This document shows, piece after piece, positions 28,416 to 37,875 of a DNA stretch of 64,000 bases. The stretch comes from Patescibacteria group bacterium (lineage in GTDB: Bacteria > Patescibacteriota > Patescibacteriia > Patescibacteriales > UBA12465). The first letter of the stretch is position 1, and the number at the start of each line of letters is the position of its first letter. Where the stretch lies: contig JBAZKQ010000002.1 of NCBI GenBank assembly GCA_041650715.1, positions 9,568 to 73,567 of the forward strand. The letters are read 5' to 3'. The position numbers and the translations under genes were made by a program. The notes under the pieces are model-generated. The model had not been told where the DNA came from, ran no database searches, and saw only the letters and a program-made list of their open reading frames with translations.

Positions 28416-30050
28416 ATGATAATAAAAAAAGATTATTCTGTCGCTTATATTAGCATGGAAATTGCTCTCGAAAATAATATTAAAACCTATGCCGGCGGCT
28501 TGGGGGTTTTGGCCGGAGATTTATTAAAATCAGCCGCCAGCCAAAAATTTCCCGTAGTCGGCATCACTCTATTAAATAAAGAAGGTTATTTCAAGCAAAA
28601 AATAGATGCCCACGGAAATCAGACTGAAATGGCGGACACGGATTTTAATTTTAATTTACTAACAAAGCTCGACACAGTAATTAATTTAAATATCGGGTCC
28701 GAAGAACTTAAAGTTGGTGTTTGGGAATATTTAATTAGCGGCGAAGACGGGTATGTCGGTCCGGTTTATTTTTTAGACGCTGATTTACCGGAAAACAAGA
28801 CGGACTTTAGAAATTTAACAAGCCGGTTATATGGCGGCGATTTAGAAAATCGTTTGCGCCAAGAAATTATTCTCGGTCGCGGCGGAATAAAAATATTGCA
28901 CGCCCTGGGCTATGAAAATATCGAAAAATATCATATTAACGAAGGGCATGGCGCCTTGGCGACAGTAGAATTATTTTTGCAGAGATATGAAAAAACCGAG
29001 AAGGCAAAAATTGAGGCGGTAAAAAAGCTTTGTGTTTTTACAACGCATACGCCGCTTAAAACAGTTTATGATGATTTTCCCTTGGACCTAATTTTGCAAA
29101 ATCAAAAAGATTTCCCAGTAGGGCTTAAAGGATTAATTAAGAATAGGGAATTAAACACGCTTGATTTAGGAATGTATTTCAGTGGTTTTATTAATGGTGT
29201 TTCGAAGCGGCACCAGGAGTTGTTAAAAAATACTTTTCCTAACCAGAAAATTGAAGCCATAACCAACGGCGTAAATTCGGTTTTTTGGACTGGGCCGGAA
29301 TTTAGAAAATTATTTGATGATAATTTGTCCGGGTGGCGGGAAAACAATGGTTTACTTAAGCAAGCGGAGAAAATACCAGATGAAGAGATTTGGGCGGCTC
29401 ACCAAAAAGCGAAACAAAGATTATTGGATTATGTAAAAGAAAAAACACAAATCGAATGGGCGCCCGAAGTTTTTACCCTTGGCTATGCGCGCCGGTTTAC
29501 GAAATACAAACAACCCCTTTTATTATTTACAGACATAGAAAGGTTATTGGAGGTGCTTGAAAAAGGCAGGGAAATGCAAATTGTATTAGCCGGCAAGGCA
29601 CATCGCCGCGACACGAGCGGCCAAGAAGCGATTAAAAAAATTTTTGCACTCAAAGCTAAATATCCTCAACTAAATATTGTCTTTTTAGAGAATTACGATT
29701 TAAACCTGGCTAAATTGCTGGTGAGTGCGGTTGATTTGTGGCTTAATACGCCTGAACCGCCGCTTGAAGCTTGCGGAACAAGTGGCATGAAAGCATCTCA
29801 TAATGGAGTTCCTCAATTTAGTACACTCGACGGCTGGTGGCCGGAGGGATACGTAAAAAATAAGACCGGCTGGGCGATTAATGATTCAGATGATTTATAT
29901 GAAACCCTAAAGAAAGAAATTTTGCCTTTATATTATGAGGCCCCAGATAAATGGCAAGCATTAATGAAAAACGTTATTAGTATAAACGCTTCTTATTTTA
30001 ATTCCGACCGCGCTTGGGATGAATATGTGTCGCGGGCCTATAAGCAATAA
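28416..30050 (+). CDS. glgP: Alpha-glucan (glycogen/maltodextrin) phosphorylase, short GT35 form
   Basis: N-terminal YISMEIALE..GGLGVLAGD and PLP-lysine motif EACGTSGMKASHNG. Confidence 0.8.
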   Translation: MIIKKDYSVAYISMEIALENNIKTYAGGLGVLAGDLLKSAASQKFPVVGITLLNKEGYFKQKIDAHGNQTEMADTDFNFNLLTKLDTVINLNIGSEELKVGVWEYLISGEDGYVGPVYFLDADLPENKTDFRNLTSRLYGGDLENRLRQEIILGRGGIKILHALGYENIEKYHINEGHGALATVELFLQRYEKTEKAKIEAVKKLCVFTTHTPLKTVYDDFPLDLILQNQKDFPVGLKGLIKNRELNTLDLGMYFSGFINGVSKRHQELLKNTFPNQKIEAITNGVNSVFWTGPEFRKLFDDNLSGWRENNGLLKQAEKIPDEEIWAAHQKAKQRLLDYVKEKTQIEWAPEVFTLGYARRFTKYKQPLLLFTDIERLLEVLEKGREMQIVLAGKAHRRDTSGQEAIKKIFALKAKYPQLNIVFLENYDLNLAKLLVSAVDLWLNTPEPPLEACGTSGMKASHNGVPQFSTLDGWWPEGYVKNKTGWAINDSDDLYETLKKEILPLYYEAPDKWQALMKNVISINASYFNSDRAWDEYVSRAYKQ

Positions 30051-30110
30051 AAAACAAATAAGGTAAATAAAAAAAGTCATGTGTTGAGCATGACTTTGTG
30101 GTTTGCGTTA

Positions 30111-31181
30111 TTAGTCTTGGAGCGCTTGTGGTATTGTTACCACAAAAATTGTTTCACTGTTTCCTGATGAAAAAGAAATGTCTCCGCCATGAGCGTTCGC
30201 GATAAGCTTCGCACTGTATAGGCCCAGTCCGTTGCCTTTCGGTTTTCCGAAAGTAGCATACTTTTGGAAAAGTTTGGGTTGAACTTCGGAGGATATTTCG
30301 CCGAAATTGTGAACGCTGAACGAGATAATTTTATCATCGCAAGAAATTCGGAGAAGAACTTCTTTGCTACCTTCGGTTGATGCCTCAATAGCATTGGTAA
30401 TTAAATTAACTACTACAGACAAAAATAGCGACTCTTCAACGTTTATCTCAAGCGAATGATTATTAATAATCATTTTTTTGTGATCAAAAATAATTTTTAA
30501 TCTGATGCCAGCGGAACCGTTTAAATATGAAAACTGATTACGAATGCGTTCGGTTAAGTTTAAGACACTAACCGGAAGCTTTTCAAATTGGCGATCCCCG
30601 CGTTCAAGGCGCGCTAAGAGTAAAGTTGAATTAATCATGTTGACCATGTGACCCGCGTCTTCGTGGATGATTTCCATGAACTTTTTCAGGTCGGTTGGCG
30701 ACAAGTTTTCGAAATTTTCGGGATCGGAAAAACTGAAGATTGATGCCAGTGGAGAACGCAAATCGTGGAACATAATACTATTCACGTCTTTTAAAATTTT
30801 TTCCGTTTTTTTTCTCTCGGTGATGTCTCTTACGATGATACAGAAAAAGTTTTCTTGTTCATAAAATGAATAAAAACTATATTCGACATAGATCAGGGAG
30901 CCGTCGGTGCGCAAGAAGCTTGTTTCTGTCCAGGTGTTTGGTGTTCCATCATTTGAAAGCCCCCCTGCTTTGAATAGCCAGGAAGATACGGTGTCATTTT
31001 TAGGCTCTTTGTTAAGAGCTAATTGACGCTGCAGATTCCAGATTTTTTGAGATTTGGCTTCGTTTTCTTTAATTTGGCTCAGTCTCTCCAGGGCGGGATT
31101 CCAAAATAGGACTACTCCAGATTCATTAATTACCGCAACTCCGTCGATAGAATTGCGTAGGCAGGCAAAAAGGTGTTCCAT
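30111..31181 (-). CDS. Cytoplasmic PAS-domain sensor histidine kinase (orphan)
   Basis: PAS-like N-terminus, H-box FHDLRSPLASI, HATPase N and G boxes (LITNAIEAS, GNGLGLYSAK). No adjacent response regulator. Confidence 0.8.
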   Translation of the reverse strand: MEHLFACLRNSIDGVAVINESGVVLFWNPALERLSQIKENEAKSQKIWNLQRQLALNKEPKNDTVSSWLFKAGGLSNDGTPNTWTETSFLRTDGSLIYVEYSFYSFYEQENFFCIIVRDITERKKTEKILKDVNSIMFHDLRSPLASIFSFSDPENFENLSPTDLKKFMEIIHEDAGHMVNMINSTLLLARLERGDRQFEKLPVSVLNLTERIRNQFSYLNGSAGIRLKIIFDHKKMIINNHSLEINVEESLFLSVVVNLITNAIEASTEGSKEVLLRISCDDKIISFSVHNFGEISSEVQPKLFQKYATFGKPKGNGLGLYSAKLIANAHGGDISFSSGNSETIFVVTIPQALQD

Positions 31182-31345
31182 TGTTAGTGTTTTGAGTTAT
31201 GTTGTTAAGGAATTTAATAGCCTACTAAAGATAACATATTTAATAAACATTGTCAATACTTTGTTGATATAAGCCACATTTCGCTAATACTGGTAAATTT
31301 GCTATACTGAAAATGGGAAAATTAATTCAATAATAGCTAAACAAA

Positions 31346-31768
31346 GTGCTTAAATTTTTACATCACGATTTTATCAAGAATGAGTTCAATTTTTGGCGTT
31401 ATTTAATTAATTTTTGGTCGGTAGTTTTTTTTACTGTTATAATTTTAGACTTTTTTGCCAGTAATGCTTATGAGGATTTGCTGAATATTCTGACGGCCAT
31501 TTATATCAGTACTCTGGCGATTTATGTCAGTAATAAAGAGTTTGCGCGCTGGTATGACAAACATGAAAGCAAACATCCGGGAGAAATTTTCGTGGTTGTG
31601 TGGTCGGCCTTAGTTTTCTTTTTATTTTTTCTGGATTTTATTTATCAGGGCGCCTATCAAATGCCCAATTCAATTATTTCTTCCTACATCGCCGTTTTGA
31701 CTCTGCTTGCGGTAACGAGAAAATCGAAGCAGATGTATAAAGTAAAAAGAGCGCACAAAAAAAGATAG
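31346..31768 (+). CDS. Hypothetical 4-TM membrane protein
   Basis: Four hydrophobic segments and a basic C-terminus. GTG start in the track. Confidence 0.4.
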   Translation: MLKFLHHDFIKNEFNFWRYLINFWSVVFFTVIILDFFASNAYEDLLNILTAIYISTLAIYVSNKEFARWYDKHESKHPGEIFVVVWSALVFFLFFLDFIYQGAYQMPNSIISSYIAVLTLLAVTRKSKQMYKVKRAHKKR

Positions 31769-31826
31769 TTTTATTTACGGCCGAAACGTAGTATAATATT
31801 AAATACCAATAAATAAAAATAAATTT

Positions 31827-32090
31827 ATGCCAAAAAAACAAACAAAAAAAGAAGAGTCAACGAAAGAACAGTTTAAGGTTTATGGACATGAATTGGTTAA
31901 AAAAATAAAAGAACTGATAAAGGAAGGAAATATCCGCCGCATAATTATTAAGAATGAAAAAGGAAAAGCGATGATGGAAATCCCGGTAACTTTTGCAGTC
32001 GTTGGAGCTTTTTTCGCTCCAGTATTAGCGGCCGTCGGGGCGCTCGCCGCTCTAATGACAAAGTGCACGATTGAAGTAGAAAGAAAATAA
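31827..32090 (+). CDS. DUF4342-like small protein
   Basis: Pattern VYGHELVKKIKELIKEGNIRRIIIKNEKGKAMMEIPVT followed by an Ala/Gly-rich hydrophobic tail. Family recalled from memory, not searched. Confidence 0.4.
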   Translation: MPKKQTKKEESTKEQFKVYGHELVKKIKELIKEGNIRRIIIKNEKGKAMMEIPVTFAVVGAFFAPVLAAVGALAALMTKCTIEVERK

Positions 32091-32108
32091 AACTCAAATA
32101 TTTAAAAA

Positions 32109-32142
32109 CAAAAAAGACCCGGTAATTATCGGGTCTTTTTTA
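32109..32142. terminator. Bidirectional intrinsic terminator
   Basis: agacccg (32115-32121) pairs with cgggtct (32130-32136), flanked by an A-run and a T-run. Confidence 0.75.
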
Positions 32143-32158
32143 AAAAGATTATTAAAAC

Positions 32159-33529
32159 TTATTTTATGAGCTCAAGAATTTCGTCTCGCTTTTGGGCCAT
32201 TAATTCCGCGCTGGTCGCTTCAAGATTCAAGCGGATTTTTGCTTCGGTATTTGAACCGCGGACATTGAACCAAAAATCGGGATAAGTTATAGAAACGCCG
32301 TCGAGTTTTTCGATCTTAGCGTCGGCATATTTTTTCTCAATCGCGGCAAAGACAGCGTCTTTATTTTTAACGACGCGATTAATTTCGCCGGAAAGAAAAT
32401 ATTTATTGTAGGGCAGGAGCTGCTGGGAAATTGGTAAATCGCTTTGGGAAAAAAATGTTAATAATCGGAGAATCATCAGGCTCGGAAATTCGAAGCAACC
32501 GACAGGGCTGTTAAAATAAAAGTGGCCTGAAGACTCGCCGGCGAAATAAATATCTTCTTTAAGCATTTGCTCTTTAATTAAAGAATGCCCGACGCGAGTA
32601 ATAACCGGAATGCCACCAGCCGCGCTAATCATATCAGGCGTTATTTTTCCCGGACGAACATCGTAACCGATTTTTGCACCCGGCTTATCGGCTAAAAATG
32701 ATTGGGCTAAGAGTCCGCGAATCAGCGCCGGGCTAATCGTTTGCCCCTTTTCATCGATAAAGAATATGCGATCACCGTCGCCATCGGTAGAAATCCCTAA
32801 ATCAGCTTTCTGCGTAAACATTTCTTTTTTTAGCTCTTCCAGGTTTTCCTCTTTTAGGGGGTCTGCCTCGTGCGCCGGAAACGTGCCGTCGAGTTTAAAA
32901 TTTAGGGGAGTATTTGAACCGGGGAGAATACTTAAAATGCCAGTTAAATAGGTGGCCCCCATGCCGCTGGCGGCATCGGCGACTATTTTAAAGCTTTTTA
33001 TTTTTTTCAGATCAACCAGGCTCCAAGTATATTTAAGCTCATCTTCAAGTGCGGCGGGATTAGCTAAAACGGTCCCCGGCACGGCGGCCGGAATAAAATG
33101 GTTTAGAATTATCTGTTCGCGAATAAAATCTATGCCAGTATCACCGCTAATCGGGACTCCTCTGGCGCGGACCAATTTAAAACCGTTCCATTCTTTAGGG
33201 TTATGCGAAGCCGAAATCATAATGCCGCCGTCATAATTATATTTGGCAACCGCAAAATAAAAAGTTGGCGTCGAAACCAGGCCAAGATCGACTGCGTCGA
33301 CGCCGGCGAGAATCAAACCACGAATTAAATTGTCTTTTAGAGCCGGAGAGGAAATGCGCATGTCTGCGCCGACGGCTATTTGCATTTTTCGGTCGGAAAA
33401 GTCCGGATCTTTTTTACGCAGTTCAACAAAAGCTTGGCCTAATAAATAAGCGAGCTCATTGTCAAAGTCGGTGCCGTAAATTCCGCGGATGTCGTAAGCT
33501 TTAAAGATGTCTGAGTTGATGGGAAGCAT
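32159..33529 (-). CDS. Phosphomannomutase/phosphoglucomutase
   Basis: Phosphoserine loop ISASHNPKEWNGFK and metal loop STDGDGDRIFF. Confidence 0.85.
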   Translation of the reverse strand: MLPINSDIFKAYDIRGIYGTDFDNELAYLLGQAFVELRKKDPDFSDRKMQIAVGADMRISSPALKDNLIRGLILAGVDAVDLGLVSTPTFYFAVAKYNYDGGIMISASHNPKEWNGFKLVRARGVPISGDTGIDFIREQIILNHFIPAAVPGTVLANPAALEDELKYTWSLVDLKKIKSFKIVADAASGMGATYLTGILSILPGSNTPLNFKLDGTFPAHEADPLKEENLEELKKEMFTQKADLGISTDGDGDRIFFIDEKGQTISPALIRGLLAQSFLADKPGAKIGYDVRPGKITPDMISAAGGIPVITRVGHSLIKEQMLKEDIYFAGESSGHFYFNSPVGCFEFPSLMILRLLTFFSQSDLPISQQLLPYNKYFLSGEINRVVKNKDAVFAAIEKKYADAKIEKLDGVSITYPDFWFNVRGSNTEAKIRLNLEATSAELMAQKRDEILELIK

Positions 33530-34643
33530 ATAAATACAGGCCGCCTAAGCCAAGCCAGATCGCAATTAAACCGATGATCCAACCGACAAAGGGAATGGCA
33601 AATAATAACCAAGTAATAATAACGCCCAAGATTAAAGACCAAATTAATTTTGGATTATGATTTTTTGTGAGAGTTTGCAATATTGTTTGACCCACAAAAA
33701 TAGCGGTAAAAATTTTAGCGAGATAAATCGCAACTAACCATAAGGCCATTAAGATAAGGGCCAGAGGAATACCAATAAAAGTAAAAGCTAAGAAGAGGGC
33801 AATTGGCGGAACAATGAACATAATAATTAAGCCCGGTAAAAAAGTGCGCCAATGCTTTTCATCGATTTTGGCAATAATTTTTGGAGTAATTTTTTTGCCA
33901 AGAAAAATCAGAATCAAACCGACAGCCAGCGCGGCAAAGATAGTATAAAGTTTAACGCCCGCCCAAGCAGCCAACCAATTATGAGCTTTAGTTTCGGGAA
34001 CGGTTTGATGGATAACACCGCTTACACTCGCGCTTCCGGCGACTTGAGCCGGGTTTTTTGCCGTATAATTTACATTGCCATTAATAGTAGTATCGGGAGA
34101 AATGATTAAGCCTTCGCTTTTACTGTCTTCTGAAATTTTAATGTTAACATCTTTCCCGATTTTTCCGGCGATTAGAGCCCGGCCGGCATTACCCGATAAA
34201 GTGCCGGCGATATTGCCCCGGCTTTCTATGGTCGCTCCGGCCACATAAGCGTCCCAGCCGATGTCACTACTCGTGCCGAGTAAAATATTAGAACCAAAGG
34301 CGTTAACGTTGCGCGCCACGGAACCGTTTAAATCAATCGAAGAACCGGCGACGCGGATGTTCCCGCCCACCTCACCGTTAACATTAATTGTTTGAGCGGC
34401 GGCGATAATATCGCCTTCAACTCGTCCGTTTACGTTAATTGTTTCGGCCGCCGCGATTAAATCTCCGCTAATATTACCATCAATTGTGATGGTGTTGCCG
34501 GCGGCATAAAAATTGCCACTCACGATTTGATCCTTGGCAATATAGATTGAATTGCCGGTTTTAGTATCAAAGGCATGAGCCGCTCCCAAAGGAAGGAGGA
34601 TTAAGGCTAAAAATAAAAGAATTTTAGTAATTTTGCCCTTCAT
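33501..34643 (-). CDS. Membrane protein with N-terminal bactofilin-like beta-helix repeats
   Basis: Signal or TM N-terminus. Repeats of G-[ND]-[IV]-x-G-D-[IL]-x-A-A. The C-terminal half is multi-TM. Confidence 0.5.
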   Translation of the reverse strand: MKGKITKILLFLALILLPLGAAHAFDTKTGNSIYIAKDQIVSGNFYAAGNTITIDGNISGDLIAAAETINVNGRVEGDIIAAAQTINVNGEVGGNIRVAGSSIDLNGSVARNVNAFGSNILLGTSSDIGWDAYVAGATIESRGNIAGTLSGNAGRALIAGKIGKDVNIKISEDSKSEGLIISPDTTINGNVNYTAKNPAQVAGSASVSGVIHQTVPETKAHNWLAAWAGVKLYTIFAALAVGLILIFLGKKITPKIIAKIDEKHWRTFLPGLIIMFIVPPIALFLAFTFIGIPLALILMALWLVAIYLAKIFTAIFVGQTILQTLTKNHNPKLIWSLILGVIITWLLFAIPFVGWIIGLIAIWLGLGGLYLYASHQLRHL

Positions 34644-34713
34644 AGAAATATTGTTAAATTATAAAAAATGGTATATTGTTATATGCATCTAATCTAAGTA
34701 TAACAGGAAAGAT

Positions 34714-36306
34714 ATGACGGAAGCAATAAAAGACTTATTACATAATTACGCTAAACAAATTAAAAATCGTGAAGATTTGGAGGGGGTTAAGCGCATGATT
34801 TGTAAAAAATATACAATCGCCTCAATTTTAAATTCAGATATTTTGAAAGAATATCGCCTTTTACTCAAGGCCGGAAAAATTAAAACGATAGAATCATTAG
34901 AAAAAACCTTACGCAAGCGCTCGGTGCGGACGATGTCGGGAATTGCGCCGGTGGCGGTTTTAACGAAATCTTATCCGTGCCCGGGGAACTGCGCCTATTG
35001 TCCGCATGAAACCGATGTCCCGGCGAGCTACTTATCTAATGAACCGGCGGTGATGCGCGCAATTCGCTGCGGCTATGATCCTTATGTTCAAGTTATTAGC
35101 CGTCTCAAAGCTTTGGTCAATAACGGACACCAACCGACCAAGATCGAATTAATTGTTATTGGCGGGACTTGGAGCTATCTGCCCACTAAATATAAGTATT
35201 GGTATATTTTAAATTGTTTCAAAGCGGCTAATGATTTTCAGAAAAAAACGATTAATCTCAAGGCAGGCTATAAAAAGAATCTTAGTTTGGCGGAAACAAA
35301 AAAACTATTGAAATTAGAACAGACAAAAAACGAAAAAGCAAAATATAATTTAATTGGCGTGACTCTGGAAACGCGACCGGACTATATTAATATTAAAGAG
35401 TTAGAAGAGATGCGTGATTTAGGTTGTACGCGCGTTGAAATTGGCGTCCAAGTAATTGACGATAAAATACTGGCGCTTAATAAGAGGGGCCATGGCGTAA
35501 AGGAAATCGCCGAGGCAACAAAAATTTTAAAACAATATGGTTTTAAAGTAACCTATCATTTAATGCCGGCTCTTCCCGGAGCCACACCAAAAAAAGACTT
35601 AGAATTATTTAAGCAATTATTTAGCGACGAGAGGTTCCAGCCCGATCAGATTAAATTCTATCCGACCGTCGTTACTAAAGGCAGCTTATTATATAAATGG
35701 TATTTGGCGGGAAAATATAAACCATATAGTGATAAAGTTTTACAGGAATTAATCGTTGAATGCAAAGAGGCGGTTCCGACTTATGTCAGAATTATTCGCC
35801 TGATTCGCGATATCCCGGGAGAGTCGATTGTCGCCGGTAATAAAATTACTAATTTGCGCCAGGTTATGAAAGATCGGGGCGTGAAATGTAATTGTATTCG
35901 CTGTCGCGAAGCCAAAGATCAACCGGTAAAGAATTTTGACTTAAATATTTTAGAATATCCGTCTTCAGGCGGCACAGAATACTTTATTAGTGCCGATAGC
36001 AAAGACGGAAAAACTTTATTTGGTTTTTGTCGTTTAAGAATTGATAAAAATAGTCCGGTGGCGCCAGCGATAATTCGTGAACTTCATGTTTACGGCGAAC
36101 TCGTGATGATGGGTGAAAAGAAAATGGTTCAACATAGCGGTCTGGGCACAAAACTTTTGCAGTCAGCCGAAAGATTGGTCGCAGCTGCGGAAATAAATAA
36201 ACTAGCGATTATTTCCGGCGTTGGCGTTAGAGGTTATTATAAGAAGTTCGGCTATAAACTGCAGGGAACGTATATGGTTAAGAGAATTCAAGGACCCCTA
36301 AAATAG
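34714..36306 (+). CDS. Elp3-like radical-SAM/GNAT tRNA U34 modification enzyme
   Basis: Cys cluster YPCPGNCAYCP, TIM-barrel radical-SAM core (RVEIGVQ) and C-terminal GNAT (QHSGLGTKLL). 530 aa, as in the Elp3 family. Confidence 0.75.
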   Translation: MTEAIKDLLHNYAKQIKNREDLEGVKRMICKKYTIASILNSDILKEYRLLLKAGKIKTIESLEKTLRKRSVRTMSGIAPVAVLTKSYPCPGNCAYCPHETDVPASYLSNEPAVMRAIRCGYDPYVQVISRLKALVNNGHQPTKIELIVIGGTWSYLPTKYKYWYILNCFKAANDFQKKTINLKAGYKKNLSLAETKKLLKLEQTKNEKAKYNLIGVTLETRPDYINIKELEEMRDLGCTRVEIGVQVIDDKILALNKRGHGVKEIAEATKILKQYGFKVTYHLMPALPGATPKKDLELFKQLFSDERFQPDQIKFYPTVVTKGSLLYKWYLAGKYKPYSDKVLQELIVECKEAVPTYVRIIRLIRDIPGESIVAGNKITNLRQVMKDRGVKCNCIRCREAKDQPVKNFDLNILEYPSSGGTEYFISADSKDGKTLFGFCRLRIDKNSPVAPAIIRELHVYGELVMMGEKKMVQHSGLGTKLLQSAERLVAAAEINKLAIISGVGVRGYYKKFGYKLQGTYMVKRIQGPLK

Positions 36307-36360
36307 GCTCATTAATTTAGTGGGCTGTGGATATTTTATTTGTTTTTTTTAAATAAATAT

Positions 36361-36492
36361 GCTACCTTGTCATTATGCTTATGACCAAAAATATTACAAC
36401 CTGGTCTGGATTCGCCTCCGTTAAATCCTGTATTTAACCGGGAAGGCTTTTTATTTTATATTTAAGACGCCCTTCCGGGGTGTTTTTTTTAT
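36361..36492 (+). promoter_or_regulatory. Attenuator-like leader upstream of the queuosine-precursor transporter (possible riboswitch)
   Basis: Terminator hairpin cgccc-ttcc-ggggtg plus T8 at 36468-36490, immediately upstream of the ATG at 36509. The upstream ccgggaagg (36439-36447) can pair instead with ccttccgg (36470-36477). A small hairpin gtcat..atgac with an A-rich tail sits at 36369-36397. Confidence 0.35.
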
Positions 36493-36508
36493 TTAATAAT
36501 CTAAGACT

Positions 36509-37150
36509 ATGGTTAATGAAAAAATTAATTTAAAAATAATAATCGCGCTCGTTCTTTACCTTATTTCGTTACTCGCTGCCAATACCCTCGGGCTCAAAAT
36601 AATGCCATTTATTTTTGGGACGCATTTATCGGTGGCCGTCTTCTTTTTCCCTTTTGTCTTTTTAACAACTGATGTTATTGGTCAAGTATATGGCAAGCAA
36701 ATGGCGCGAAGCTTTGTTTTAGCGGGATTCATTAGTATTTGTTTATTCATGATTTATTCACTCCTGTCCCTCGCTTTGCCCTGGGCAGAGAGCGGTTTAA
36801 AATTCAAAGATAGTTTTAATACGATCTTTGGTATTTCGCTGCGCATGTCGCTCGCCTCACTCATGGCTTATATAATTGCGGAGTATCAGGACGTCGCCGC
36901 CTTCTTCTTTTTCAAAAAGAAATTAAAAGATAAGGCCTTTTGGCTCCAATCAAATCTATCCAACCTCTGGTCGCAGCTACTCGACACGACGGTATTTATG
37001 ATAATTGCTTTTGCCGGAGTCTATTCGCTAAGAACGATGCTACTTATTGGTGCTCCTTGGTTTGTCTATAAAGTTATTATGGGATTTTTATATACCCCTT
37101 TATCTTATTTAGGTATTTATCTTTTAAAATATGAAAATAAAAGCAATTAA
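36509..37150 (+). CDS. Queuosine precursor transporter (YhhQ/DUF165 family)
   Basis: Multi-TM protein with the YhhQ-like N-terminal pattern (FFFPFVFLTTDVIGQVYGKQ). Confidence 0.6.
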   Translation: MVNEKINLKIIIALVLYLISLLAANTLGLKIMPFIFGTHLSVAVFFFPFVFLTTDVIGQVYGKQMARSFVLAGFISICLFMIYSLLSLALPWAESGLKFKDSFNTIFGISLRMSLASLMAYIIAEYQDVAAFFFFKKKLKDKAFWLQSNLSNLWSQLLDTTVFMIIAFAGVYSLRTMLLIGAPWFVYKVIMGFLYTPLSYLGIYLLKYENKSN

Positions 37151-37829
37151 AACAAGAATATTTAAACCAAGAGAAAATCTCTTAATATTTATTGAAAAAT
37201 ATCTGCATAGTATTTCGGAAAGAAGTGTTTTGGTCGTGACATCTAAAATTGTCGCTCTGGCCGAAGGAAGGTTAGTTAAATATATTGACGAGAAAAGCAA
37301 AGAAAAAATAATTAAGGATGAATGTGAATTTTCTCTGAACACAAAATATGTTTTATTAACTATTAAAGATGGTGTTGTGATGGCTAACGCCGGAGTCGAC
37401 GAAAGTAATGCTGACGGTAATATCATTCTTTTGCCGGCAGATAGTTTTAAAGCCGCTGAGAAAATAAGAAAATATTTTTGTAGTAAATATAAACTAAAAG
37501 AATTGGGCGTAATAATAACCGATAGCCGCTGCCTGCCACTGCGGGCCGGAATAACTGGAGTCGCTTTGGGTTATGCCGGTTTCGAGGGGCTTAAAAGCTA
37601 TAAGAAAACTTTGGATATATTTGGCCGCCCTTTTAAGTATTCTCGGGTTGATGTCGCCGATAGTTTAGCGACAGCCGCGGTTCTCTGTATGGGGGAGGGC
37701 GACGAAAGAATGCCCCTCGCCTTAATTAAAGAGGCGCCAATAAAATTTTGTGAAAAAATTGATAAAAAAGAGTTAAAAATAGACATCAAAGAAGATATGT
37801 ATGGGCCTTTATTTAGGCGGATAAAATAA
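37131..37829 (+). CDS. F420-0:gamma-glutamyl ligase (CofE)-family-like protein
   Basis: Pattern VVTSKIVALAEGR...ANAGVDESN...GVIITDS. Overlaps the upstream gene by 20 nt. Function in this lineage is uncertain. Confidence 0.45.
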   Translation: MKIKAIKTRIFKPRENLLIFIEKYLHSISERSVLVVTSKIVALAEGRLVKYIDEKSKEKIIKDECEFSLNTKYVLLTIKDGVVMANAGVDESNADGNIILLPADSFKAAEKIRKYFCSKYKLKELGVIITDSRCLPLRAGITGVALGYAGFEGLKSYKKTLDIFGRPFKYSRVDVADSLATAAVLCMGEGDERMPLALIKEAPIKFCEKIDKKELKIDIKEDMYGPLFRRIK

Positions 37830-37875
37830 AAAAAGCCTTTTGACAAAGAGGCTCCTTTAAATTAAGATTAATAAT

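Noticed and set aside
37124-37426. ORF at 37124-37426 (-), and the similar ORFs at 37598-37846 (-), 38781-39149 (-) and 39496-39762 (-)
   Set aside because: They are antisense to the well-supported CofE-like, glyA and folD genes. No independent signals support them.
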